From: a virus
Strand: one strand, 5' to 3'
Virus record (IMG/VR): IMGVR_UViG_3300032224_001591
Location: 32,001-96,000 of that record
Length of the DNA stretch: 64,000 nt
Of the stretch, positions 1 to 8,381 are shown one piece after another; position 1 is the first letter of the stretch; each line of letters starts with the position of its first letter. The notes under the pieces are model-generated. The model was not told where the DNA came from. It was given only the letters and a program-made list of their open reading frames with translations, and did not search any database. The position numbers were made by a program, and so were the translations under genes.

Positions 1-336
1 AAGGAAGCTGAAGAATTAATGAATTCTAAATTAAATGAAGCTAAAAAAGATAAAGACGAAGAAATAGACGATAGTGAAACTATAGACACACCCAAAGGTG
101 ATGAAGAAATAACAGCAGACGTTACAACAACAGATGTTGATCCTGATGTAAAAGCAGTACAAGATGCTTTAACTCAAGCTCAAGCAGCAGCCGAAAAATT
201 AGGCGACGAAAAATTAACAGATCAAATTGGTAATACAATTACATTCTTTACACGTTCTCATATTGTTGAAAAACCAGGTGTAACTGCAGAATCAAACATC
301 AAAGAACGTATAAATAAATTAGTAAAATCTTTATAA
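1..336 (+). CDS. 5'-truncated acidic head-associated protein
   Basis: Frame is open from base 1, upstream of the ATG at 19. Acidic, has an LNE/A site and ends with the amphipathic helix IKERINKLVKSL. Confidence 0.6.
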   Translation, partial: KEAEELMNSKLNEAKKDKDEEIDDSETIDTPKGDEEITADVTTTDVDPDVKAVQDALTQAQAAAEKLGDEKLTDQIGNTITFFTRSHIVEKPGVTAESNIKERINKLVKSL

Positions 337-356
337 ACAAAACAAAATAAAAGTAT

Positions 357-530
357 ATGAACACACAAGAATTATTTGCAAAATTTGAAACTTTATATGA
401 AGCTTTCAAAGCAGAACACGAAGGAAAATCTAAAGCAGCACAAGCACGTGCTAGAAAAATTGCAGGCGAAATTAAAAAATTAGCAGCAGAATACCGCAAA
501 GCATCTGTTGCAGAAAGTAAAGCAAAATAA
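357..530 (+). CDS. Histone H1-like (Hc1 family) small DNA-binding protein, 57 aa; missing from ORF track
   Basis: Hand translation [57 protein letters not shown]. The KAAxxRARK...KKL..E(Y/F)RKAS pattern matches the Hc1-like family, and the ORF fills the intergenic gap exactly. Confidence 0.75.
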   Translation: MNTQELFAKFETLYEAFKAEHEGKSKAAQARARKIAGEIKKLAAEYRKASVAESKAK

Positions 531-531
531 A

Positions 532-2067
532 ATGAAAAAAAATCTTACCGAACGCGAGCTTACAAAGCATGAATTGGAAAAACGTGAAGACGTTATCAAC
601 GCATTAAAAACAAACCGAAAAAGTTTTGTAAGCCGCTACGGAAAAGATGCGGAAAAGGTTATGTACGCAATAGCAACTAAACGAGCTAAAAACGAAACCG
701 AAAATATGCATAAAGATAAAATTAAAGAAATGGTTAAATCCGCTCTTATGAAACCTATGGAAGGTAAAAAATCCGATATGAACGGAGACGGTAAAATCGA
801 TTCTAAAGATTATTTATTAAAACGTGATGCTGCTATTAAAAAATCAATGGCTAGCAAAATAAATGAAGATGACTGGATGCAAGCGGATGATGAATCTGAT
901 ATGGCTAAGTCACAATTAAAATCAATTCAATCAAATGCTTCTAAATTAATGAGTATGATTGGAGATGAAGAACAATTAGACGCTTGGGTACAAGCTAAAT
1001 TAACTAAAGCTGAAGACTATTTAAACTCAGTTCAAGGATATTTGGCGGGTGAAGATGCTCAAGAACGTGGTTTAGATGAAAATATTGAAGAATTAGACAC
1101 AACCGGGTATTCTATGGACTATAAACAAGGATATAGAGATGGATTAGAAGATGGAAAAAAAGGTAAATTTGGTAAACAATTTGCTGTAAAAGAAGGTATA
1201 AATCGTTCTATTCCTTTTAAAGATTTATTAAAAAAAGTAGAAAAAGTAATAGAAGCAATTTCTATTTTAAAAAGTAATACAGCTACCAACTCAGAAATAC
1301 CAACAACTTCTAAAGAAGGCTTAATACGTGCTCTTGAAGCAGTAGAAGAAATGTTAGATACTATAGCTTTTAATATTGAAGTTGAAGCTGATGAAGAAGA
1401 TGTAAATCGATTCAATAAAGAATTAGATGAAAATATGTTAGATGAAGCTTATGTTCCTGACAATATTAAAAAATTCGCTAAACAAAGAGGTGTATCTTCT
1501 TTAGTAAATAAAGTAGCAGGTTGGGCTGAAAAAGTAGGTAAAAGAATTACTGGTGGTACAGCTATTGGTAAATACTACAGCACATTAGTATTAGATATGG
1601 GTTATCAAACATCCGACATTTATATTAATACCGATGATGAAACTATTAAATTATATGGAGAAGAAGTTAACAGCTTCCCTGAATTTAAAAAAGTATACGA
1701 TGATTACCATAAAGAAGATTTAGACGAAAACACAAAAGGATGGGATTCATTTAAAGACACCCCAGAAATTAAAGCGTTAATGGCTATAGCTGATGATACA
1801 TCTAATTCATATACTGAAAGAGATGAAGCAAGACAAAAAGCATACGATTTACGTGCTGCTATGTCAAAACAAGACGAAGGTTTATCTAAAGGATATTGGG
1901 CTAAAAAAATACCTGGAGGTAAAATGGAAGAATCATATGCTACCTTAGTTAACAAACTTAAAAAACAAGGTAAATCTGAAAAAGCATCTAAAGCAATAGC
2001 AGGTGCGGTTGCAGCATATAAAGCAAAAGGTGGTGGTTCTGGACCAACAGCAAAACAAGCTAAATAA
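532..2067 (+). CDS. Modular putative internal head polyprotein
   Basis: ATG at 532 directly follows the stop at 530. Short modules (EF-hand-like [12 protein letters not shown]; helical MAKSQL...[13 protein letters not shown]) are separated by L/I/M-x-E linkers. Confidence 0.6.
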   Translation: MKKNLTERELTKHELEKREDVINALKTNRKSFVSRYGKDAEKVMYAIATKRAKNETENMHKDKIKEMVKSALMKPMEGKKSDMNGDGKIDSKDYLLKRDAAIKKSMASKINEDDWMQADDESDMAKSQLKSIQSNASKLMSMIGDEEQLDAWVQAKLTKAEDYLNSVQGYLAGEDAQERGLDENIEELDTTGYSMDYKQGYRDGLEDGKKGKFGKQFAVKEGINRSIPFKDLLKKVEKVIEAISILKSNTATNSEIPTTSKEGLIRALEAVEEMLDTIAFNIEVEADEEDVNRFNKELDENMLDEAYVPDNIKKFAKQRGVSSLVNKVAGWAEKVGKRITGGTAIGKYYSTLVLDMGYQTSDIYINTDDETIKLYGEEVNSFPEFKKVYDDYHKEDLDENTKGWDSFKDTPEIKALMAIADDTSNSYTERDEARQKAYDLRAAMSKQDEGLSKGYWAKKIPGGKMEESYATLVNKLKKQGKSEKASKAIAGAVAAYKAKGGGSGPTAKQAK

Positions 2068-2069
2068 AA

Positions 2070-2543
2070 ATGACTAGAGACGAACTTAAAGAAAAGATAA
2101 AATCACTAGTAAAACAGGTATATAAACCTGAAGACAGTAAGATTGACTTGGATTCTACCGAGTCAATCTCACTTGATTCGGCTAAATTCCCTATTTTACT
2201 TCAATATCCTTCACTTAAAGACGCTATTGAACAACTATTATCCCACCAGTATGAACCATTTTTAATGGATATTCAGTGGGTTGCTCCTAAACCTATAACG
2301 TTTAGAATAATATTAACTAATGGTGAAATATTTTATTTAATATCTACACCAAAAAGTTGGATAGCTCAAGTTGAAGGAAAAAAATATTATTTATTAAACC
2401 TTGGTGAAGAAGAGGCAGCGTGTCAATCAATATCTAGAATGTTGTATTACGGTAATCAAGCGGCGGAAACAGCGCCGGCTGAGGAAGAGACGACATCTAC
2501 GGAAGAAACATCAACTGAAGAAAAACCAGCAGAAGAAGCATAA
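2070..2543 (+). CDS. Hypothetical protein with basic amphipathic leader and acidic tail
   Basis: 157-aa ORF starting MTRDELKEKIKSLVKQVY. Confidence 0.7.
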   Translation: MTRDELKEKIKSLVKQVYKPEDSKIDLDSTESISLDSAKFPILLQYPSLKDAIEQLLSHQYEPFLMDIQWVAPKPITFRIILTNGEIFYLISTPKSWIAQVEGKKYYLLNLGEEEAACQSISRMLYYGNQAAETAPAEEETTSTEETSTEEKPAEEA

Positions 2544-2548
2544 TAACT

Positions 2549-3619
2549 ATGAACTTATTCGATAAATTTTTTGTAAAATATGGGTATAAATTCCCAAAAG
2601 GATATCCTGACATGAATAATGAGCAGGATGTTTTATTGCTCGAATCAATTTTATTAAATGAATTAGGTATTGACCTTGATGAAGGTTATAATCCCTTAAA
2701 ATTTTATGATCTTCAAAAATATGGAGGTCCTAGATTAGAAACATTAGCATCTAAGATTCAAAAAGGTGAACCTTTTGATATGGTAGGAGGTGAACAAGTA
2801 GTATTATTATTTAATAAACCAAAATATAAATCCTTATTTGTTAATAAAGATATTGAAGGTTTAAAAGCTTTAACTAAATCAAATATTAATTCATTTCCAT
2901 TCTTTGTAGATAAAAATGGAAAAAATTATTCTATAGGTGATTTACTTAAAACATCTGATTTTGGTGGTAAAGGAGGTGGATCTGGAACTCGAGTAGAAGA
3001 TATAGCATTATCTAATGTTGATGCTAAACTTCGTGAGTTAGGAACAATTGATGTTAAATTAAGTGAAAACGGCAAAGTATATAAAAACATAGTAGGAGCA
3101 ACCACAGTAAATGGTACTCCAAAAGCAGATTTTACATTTAATACAGAATCAGGTCCTGTAATTTTTATCTCTCATAAAGACGGATCAAAACCAAAAGATT
3201 TCCAACAATACTCAGGATTTCAAGGTTTATCAGATTATCCTGAAGTTAAATCATTTGTAGATGCTGTTAGACAAGCTACTGGAGGGGAATTAAAATCAGG
3301 TGATTCTTTTAGAAGAAAAATTAAAGATAATTCTATTAAATTAAAAGCAGTATATGGTCTAGATCAATCTGTAGGTAATTACGGTGTTAATAATTGTCAA
3401 GTAATACTTCAAGGTCCTATTAATTTGAAATTAGATAATGCTGATGATGCTTATTTAATAGATGCTAATCATAAAGTAATTAATCCTAATTTACCTGTTG
3501 GAGATTACGAACCTTATATGTATGTTACTTTTAGAAGTGATAGAAATAATGAAGGTATAAAAAATGCACGATTTGGAACATATCCTGAAGCATATAAACG
3601 AAATGCTACCGAAATTTAA
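2549..3619 (+). CDS. Putative PD-(D/E)xK restriction-like nuclease with N-terminal leader
   Basis: Motifs GTRVED, TPKADF, IFISHKDG and FQQYSG; the leader ends LLNE...LDE/G. Confidence 0.55.
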   Translation: MNLFDKFFVKYGYKFPKGYPDMNNEQDVLLLESILLNELGIDLDEGYNPLKFYDLQKYGGPRLETLASKIQKGEPFDMVGGEQVVLLFNKPKYKSLFVNKDIEGLKALTKSNINSFPFFVDKNGKNYSIGDLLKTSDFGGKGGGSGTRVEDIALSNVDAKLRELGTIDVKLSENGKVYKNIVGATTVNGTPKADFTFNTESGPVIFISHKDGSKPKDFQQYSGFQGLSDYPEVKSFVDAVRQATGGELKSGDSFRRKIKDNSIKLKAVYGLDQSVGNYGVNNCQVILQGPINLKLDNADDAYLIDANHKVINPNLPVGDYEPYMYVTFRSDRNNEGIKNARFGTYPEAYKRNATEI

Positions 3620-3630
3620 TATTTATCAAT

Positions 3631-4635
3631 ATGGACAAAATTAAAAAATTAATCAAAGAAGCATTACTTAACCATAAACACGATTGTGGTTGTGGTTGTC
3701 ACGGTAAATGTGCTAAAGCACCTATGTTAAACGAAAACTTAGGCGCTAAAGTAATCATGACCGAAAACATGCAATACCATATTAATAATAAAAAAGCATT
3801 AACTGAAAACACATTCCGCTACGGTTCAAAAGCATTTTTAGATTTATGGGCTGAAGCTAGATATTTATATTCTCGCGACGTTATTAATTTATCAGGTGAA
3901 GATAAAATCATAGTAGAAACAACACATTTAGGTGAATATGGTTTATTTGAAGGTGAAATGGTACCTTTAGATTTACCTATCATGGAAGAAATGGATGAAG
4001 CTATAAGTGATGAAATTAAAGTAGGAGATATTGTAGGTAATACTGTTCAAGGATTTAATTTTAAAGTATTAAATATTAAAGGTGATAAATTAGAAGTTGA
4101 AAATATAAAAACAGGTAAAAAATTTGAAACATACATTGATAACATGTATTTACCTGTTATGGAAGAAGTTGATGAAGCTATAAGTGGTGCTGATAAAGAT
4201 GAAATTTTTGCTCTAATATCAAAAGTAAAACAACAAGGCAAATTATCCGATGATACTCAACGTATGTTGATGCAATGGATAAGTCATCCGGATGCTTCAA
4301 AAGAAGCAATCGTTCAAGTATTAAAACAATTAACTGGTATTGTGGGTGAAGCTAAAGATAATAAACACGTTTTAAATAAACCACATCGTGGTGGATCTAA
4401 AAAATTCTATGTTTACGTTCGTAATCCTAAAACTAAAAAAATTAAAAAAGTATCATTCGGTGATACATCAGGATTATCAGCTAAAATTAATAATCCTACA
4501 GCACGTAAAGCATTTTCTGCACGTCACGATTGTCCAAATAAAAAAGATAAAACTAAAGCTTCATATTGGTCATGTCATTTGCCTAGATATGCTAAAGCAC
4601 TAGGACTTAAATCTAACTTTTCAGGATTCTGGTAG
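3631..4635 (+). CDS. Modular head-associated protein with Cys/His-rich N-terminus and basic C-terminal domain
   Basis: Leader MDKIKKLIKEALL; HKHDCGCGCHGKC; C-terminal KKVSFGD...ARKAFSARHDC...YWSC module. Confidence 0.6.
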   Translation: MDKIKKLIKEALLNHKHDCGCGCHGKCAKAPMLNENLGAKVIMTENMQYHINNKKALTENTFRYGSKAFLDLWAEARYLYSRDVINLSGEDKIIVETTHLGEYGLFEGEMVPLDLPIMEEMDEAISDEIKVGDIVGNTVQGFNFKVLNIKGDKLEVENIKTGKKFETYIDNMYLPVMEEVDEAISGADKDEIFALISKVKQQGKLSDDTQRMLMQWISHPDASKEAIVQVLKQLTGIVGEAKDNKHVLNKPHRGGSKKFYVYVRNPKTKKIKKVSFGDTSGLSAKINNPTARKAFSARHDCPNKKDKTKASYWSCHLPRYAKALGLKSNFSGFW

Positions 4636-4636
4636 T

Positions 4637-5533
4637 ATGAAAGATATAAAGAAAATAATACGAGAGGTTTTAAACCAAATCAACGAAAAAGAAGATCGTT
4701 GTAAACGTATTGCTGATCGCAAATACGATAAGCCATCAGCTTATAAATCGGGAGCTATCGTTCGTTGCCGTAAAGGTGATATTTGGAAAGATATAAAAGA
4801 AGACCAAATAAATGAATTAGATATATCTAAATATATTAGTTCTTGGATAGATACTAAAACATTAAAAAAAGCAAAAGATTTTCCTGAGTCTATATTTCTA
4901 TATCTTAAAAAAGAAGGATATCTTAATAAAGGAGAAATATATAGAATCTTAACTTTAGATCCCTTAGTTATCATACTAAAACAAAATACAGAATATATTG
5001 ATTTAGATAAATTTTTAGAAGATAATCAAGATATAGAACCATACGATGATTTATATAGTACATATCAAGATGAAAAAGAAGTTGTAGCTCGTTTAGATTC
5101 TAATTTTTCTTTTGAAGATATACATTATGCTAGTTCAACAGGTATGAATATGAATATGTTTTTAAAAAATTTAGATAAGAATAAATTAAAAAACGATATT
5201 TTAAAAAAAGATCAAGGTAAATTATTATCATTTACTAAAGATAAAGAAGCAGCTAATGATATTTTTTATACAGCTATTAATCATTTAGAAGATGAAGAAG
5301 AAGATGATGAGTTTTTAACAGAAGATGAATCTCTTCATAAATGGTTTCAACGTTCAGGTCCTAAAGGTAAAGAAAAAGGATGGGTAGATTGTAATGCACC
5401 TGATGGAAAAGGAGGATATAAATCGTGTGGTAGAAAAGAAGGCGAAAAACGCGCTAAATATCCTTCATGTCGTCCTACACCCGCACAATGTAAATCGCCT
5501 GGTAAAGGTAAAAAATGGGGTAAAACAAAATAA
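4637..5533 (+). CDS. Modular protein with possible ADP-ribosyltransferase-like insert
   Basis: Leader MKDIKKIIREVLNQINE; PSAY module; central IYR...LSFT; C-terminal SLHKWF...CGRK...YPSCRP module. Confidence 0.5.
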   Translation: MKDIKKIIREVLNQINEKEDRCKRIADRKYDKPSAYKSGAIVRCRKGDIWKDIKEDQINELDISKYISSWIDTKTLKKAKDFPESIFLYLKKEGYLNKGEIYRILTLDPLVIILKQNTEYIDLDKFLEDNQDIEPYDDLYSTYQDEKEVVARLDSNFSFEDIHYASSTGMNMNMFLKNLDKNKLKNDILKKDQGKLLSFTKDKEAANDIFYTAINHLEDEEEDDEFLTEDESLHKWFQRSGPKGKEKGWVDCNAPDGKGGYKSCGRKEGEKRAKYPSCRPTPAQCKSPGKGKKWGKTK

Positions 5534-5559
5534 TTAAATTAACTATTAAACTAAATAAA

Positions 5560-5931
5560 ATGAATCCAGAATTTTTAAAACTAGTATCGTATTTATTTCA
5601 TTCAGCAACACAAGTTCATATATTTCATCTTCAAACAAATTCATATGCTGAACATAAAGCATTGAATAAATATTATGATAAAATCGTTGATTTGACAGAT
5701 GGTTTAATTGAGTCTTTTCAAGGTAAATATGATATCTTAAGAGATTATGAAAACTATGCTTTAGACAACTATAAAGATAATACTCAAGTCATAACATACT
5801 TTAAAGCATTATTAAAAACAGTAGAAACTTTAAGAATGTCTGTAGCAAATGATTCTTATTTACAAAACCAAATTGATACTATAGTTGAATTAATTACATC
5901 TACTTTATATAAATTAAGATTTTTACACTAA
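5560..5931 (+). CDS. Ferritin/Dps-like four-helix protein
   Basis: HIFHLQT-SYAEHKAL-YYD...DGLIE pattern and C-terminal TLYKL. Confidence 0.65.
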   Translation: MNPEFLKLVSYLFHSATQVHIFHLQTNSYAEHKALNKYYDKIVDLTDGLIESFQGKYDILRDYENYALDNYKDNTQVITYFKALLKTVETLRMSVANDSYLQNQIDTIVELITSTLYKLRFLH

Positions 5932-6431
5932 TGATCAAATTATTAGATTTATTAAGAGAAAATGATCCTAAAAAAGGTACAGGTAAAAAACCCGAAGGAT
6001 CAGGTCGTAGACTTTACACTGATGAAAATCCGAAAGATACAGTACATGTAAAATTTAAAACCGCTCAAGATATAAAAGATACTTTATCTAAAACAACGTT
6101 TAAATCAAAACCACACGCTCGTCAATCTCAAATAATTAATTTAATACATCAACGAGTAAGAGCAGCGTATAATAAAGCAAAAGATCCTGAAGTAAAATCA
6201 AGATTAAAACGTGCTTTAGATTATATTGAAAAACGTAAAGAAGCATCTAAAAAGAAAACCCAACAATTACAAAAAGAAGCTTCATCTTTAGCACAACAAG
6301 CAGCTATTGCTATCGCTAAAAAGAAAAGTGGTAAATATGATAAAGAAGGTAAACGTATAAAAGAAACAGCAAATCCACAATCAGGTAAATCATCACCTTA
6401 TGGTTCAGGATATGCTCCCGTAAAAAAATAA
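5931..6431 (+). CDS. Basic modular protein with MIKLLDLLRE leader
   Basis: 166-aa ORF with modules RRLYTDENP, AQQAAIAIAKKK and SSPYGSGY, separated by xKE linkers. Confidence 0.65.
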   Translation: MIKLLDLLRENDPKKGTGKKPEGSGRRLYTDENPKDTVHVKFKTAQDIKDTLSKTTFKSKPHARQSQIINLIHQRVRAAYNKAKDPEVKSRLKRALDYIEKRKEASKKKTQQLQKEASSLAQQAAIAIAKKKSGKYDKEGKRIKETANPQSGKSSPYGSGYAPVKK

Positions 6432-6449
6432 TATATTTATAAATAAATT

Positions 6450-6767
6450 ATGGTTAAACTTATTCACTTATTAACTGAAGCTAAAGAAAGCTTTGAAACA
6501 TTTGCTAAAAATCGTTTAGCTGGTGCCGAAAAAATTATAGCTAATGCTAAAGAAAAGGGTGGTGATGCTTTATTAACGTATAATCACTTTAAAGTAAAAC
6601 CATCTTATTACAAGAAAGCAATAGATGGTAAATTTGATAAAGAAGCTGCTCAAAAAGAATTCGAAGAAACATATAAAAAAATCTCATTAGATATGACCCA
6701 AACCGAATTTCAAAAAGAAGTTGGTCGTTTAGAGGTATTAGGTGAATTATTAATAAGAGAAAAATGA
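6450..6767 (+). CDS. Hypothetical protein with MVKLIHLLTE leader
   Basis: 105-aa ORF preceded by the TATATTTATA motif. Confidence 0.65.
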   Translation: MVKLIHLLTEAKESFETFAKNRLAGAEKIIANAKEKGGDALLTYNHFKVKPSYYKKAIDGKFDKEAAQKEFEETYKKISLDMTQTEFQKEVGRLEVLGELLIREK

Positions 6768-7177
6768 TTAAATTATCAAAAATATTAAACGAGGCAGAAT
6801 TAGATAAATGTCCTGCTCCAACTCAAAATATTGAGTTAAATTTAAAAAATAGACAAATAGCTATTGAAAAATATGGCTATGGTCCTCTTAATCCTAATGA
6901 ACCAAATATAAAGTTTTGGGAAAAAAAGGTTGAAATGTGGAATCTTGATTCTATAGAAGAAGCTAAAAAATCACGTTGTGGTAATTGTGCGGCTTTTGAT
7001 ATCACTGAAAAAACATTAGATTGTATAGCTAAAGGAATAGGTAATGATGAAGGATCAGAAGATCCATTTGATGTAATTAAAGTTGGACAATTAGGATATT
7101 GTAGATTTTTAAAATTTAAATGTGCTGCTACTCGTACCTGTGATGCTTGGGTTGTTGGAGGTCCTTTAACTGATTAA
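6764..7177 (+). CDS. Cys-rich putative metal-binding (HiPIP-like) protein with MIKLSKILNE leader
   Basis: CGNC...GYC...C...TCDAW. Confidence 0.55.
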   Translation: MIKLSKILNEAELDKCPAPTQNIELNLKNRQIAIEKYGYGPLNPNEPNIKFWEKKVEMWNLDSIEEAKKSRCGNCAAFDITEKTLDCIAKGIGNDEGSEDPFDVIKVGQLGYCRFLKFKCAATRTCDAWVVGGPLTD

Positions 7178-7181
7178 AATA

Positions 7182-7442
7182 ATGAGACCATATAAAGATA
7201 TAGAAATAACAGATAAATACATTATTCGTGAGTTTAATGAAACTATAGATCCTATAGAATTAATGTGGCATCGCGATGATGAAGATAGAATAGTAGAGAT
7301 AGTAGGTAAAACAGATTGGAAATTACAATTAGATAATCAATTACCAACTTCAATAAACGATCCTATATTTATCCCAAGACATGAATGGCATCGTATATTA
7401 AAAGGAACAGGAAAATTAAGATTAAAAATACATAAAATTTAA
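7182..7442 (+). CDS. Small cupin-like protein
   Basis: WHRD...IFIPRHEWHRILKG two-His cupin pattern. Confidence 0.55.
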   Translation: MRPYKDIEITDKYIIREFNETIDPIELMWHRDDEDRIVEIVGKTDWKLQLDNQLPTSINDPIFIPRHEWHRILKGTGKLRLKIHKI

Positions 7443-7443
7443 A

Positions 7444-7530
7444 GGTTAGATTCATTGCCTAGCCGCCTCAGTTGAGGATTTATATATAAGAGGAGTAGTG
7501 GCCCGACCTGTAAAGGTTGGGCTTTCTCTA
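7444..7530 (+). ncRNA. Putative structured RNA or terminator with three hairpins
   Basis: GGTTAG/CTAGCC (7444-7464), CCTC/GAGG (7466-7477) and GCCCGACCT-GTAA-AGGTTGGGC (7501-7522, GNRA loop), GC-rich within an AT-rich background. Confidence 0.35.
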
Positions 7531-7562
7531 TTTGGAAAACTAAAAAAAATTTATTATATTAA
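7531..7562 (+). promoter_or_regulatory. Bacteroidota sigma-type promoter (-33/-7)
   Basis: TTTG at 7531, 20-nt spacer, TATATTAA at 7555. Confidence 0.55.
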
Positions 7563-7590
7563 GGGGTTGGTCTGATGGAATTTTACAAGT

Positions 7591-7731
7591 ATGGAAGAAA
7601 ATATAATATATAAAATAGAATTACTTCAACTTATTGAATCTAAATATAATATTGAAATAAAAGATGAAGAAGTTGAAAATATAATTACATTTGAAGATTT
7701 AATTAATTTAATAAAAAACAAATTAAATTAA
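7591..7731 (+). CDS. 46-aa acyl-carrier-protein-like fragment lacking the DSL serine; missing from ORF track
   Basis: MEENIIYKIELLQLIESKYNIEIKDEEVENIITFEDLINLIKNKLN resembles ACP helices II-IV. There is an in-frame stop upstream at 7573. Confidence 0.55.
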   Translation: MEENIIYKIELLQLIESKYNIEIKDEEVENIITFEDLINLIKNKLN

Positions 7732-7733
7732 AT

Positions 7734-8381
7734 ATGACTCGAATTTATCTTGTTGAAAAATGTTATGGTGATCCTAATAAAGTTTATATTGGAAAAACTA
7801 AAAATAGTAGAATCCAACCTCATAAAGCTAAATATGGAAAAAATATAATATATACTATTATTGATCAAATTAATAGTTTAAACCATAAAGAATGGAAACC
7901 ATTAGAATCATATTGGATAGAACAGTTTAGACAATGGGGGTTTGAATTAATGAATATTAATAAAAATGGGGGACAAGGGCCTGGGGTTTATTCTGAAGAG
8001 TCTAAAAATAAAATGAGAAAAAAACGAAAACTTGGAACTGGTAAAAAAATAAGTAAAAAATTAAAAGAAAATAATCATTCCCAATATTACACAGATGAAG
8101 TTAGATTAAAAATAAGTAAAGGTAATAAAGGTTTATCTAAACCATTTACTAAAGAACATCAACAAAATATATTATTAGCTAAACGTAAACAAGCAAAACC
8201 GGTATTGATGTTTGATTTAGAAGATAATTTAATTAAAGAATGGGAAAGTAAAGGACAAGCAGCGGAGTGGGTAAAAGAACAAACAGGTAAAACAAGCAAT
8301 TTGGTTTCTCAAATAAAAGATTGTATATTGGGAAGACAAAAAACAGCTTTTGGATATAAATGGAAATATAAAATAATATGA
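7734..8381 (+). CDS. Free-standing GIY-YIG homing endonuclease with NUMOD-type DNA-binding tail
   Basis: RIY...VYIGKT...R...LESYWI...N; basic SEESKNKM-type repeats; C-terminal KPVLMFDLEDNLIKEWES...TAFGYKWKY (NUMOD1-like). Confidence 0.8.
   Translation: MTRIYLVEKCYGDPNKVYIGKTKNSRIQPHKAKYGKNIIYTIIDQINSLNHKEWKPLESYWIEQFRQWGFELMNINKNGGQGPGVYSEESKNKMRKKRKLGTGKKISKKLKENNHSQYYTDEVRLKISKGNKGLSKPFTKEHQQNILLAKRKQAKPVLMFDLEDNLIKEWESKGQAAEWVKEQTGKTSNLVSQIKDCILGRQKTAFGYKWKYKII

Noticed and set aside
508-531. ORF-track non-ATG starts at 508, 9686 and 17783
   Set aside because: In-frame ATGs at 532, 9734 and 17795 fit gene packing and the A-rich initiation context better.
7569-7582. CTGATGG resembling a hammerhead ribozyme core
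   Set aside because: The core requires CUGANGA plus GAAA with flanking stems, which were not found.
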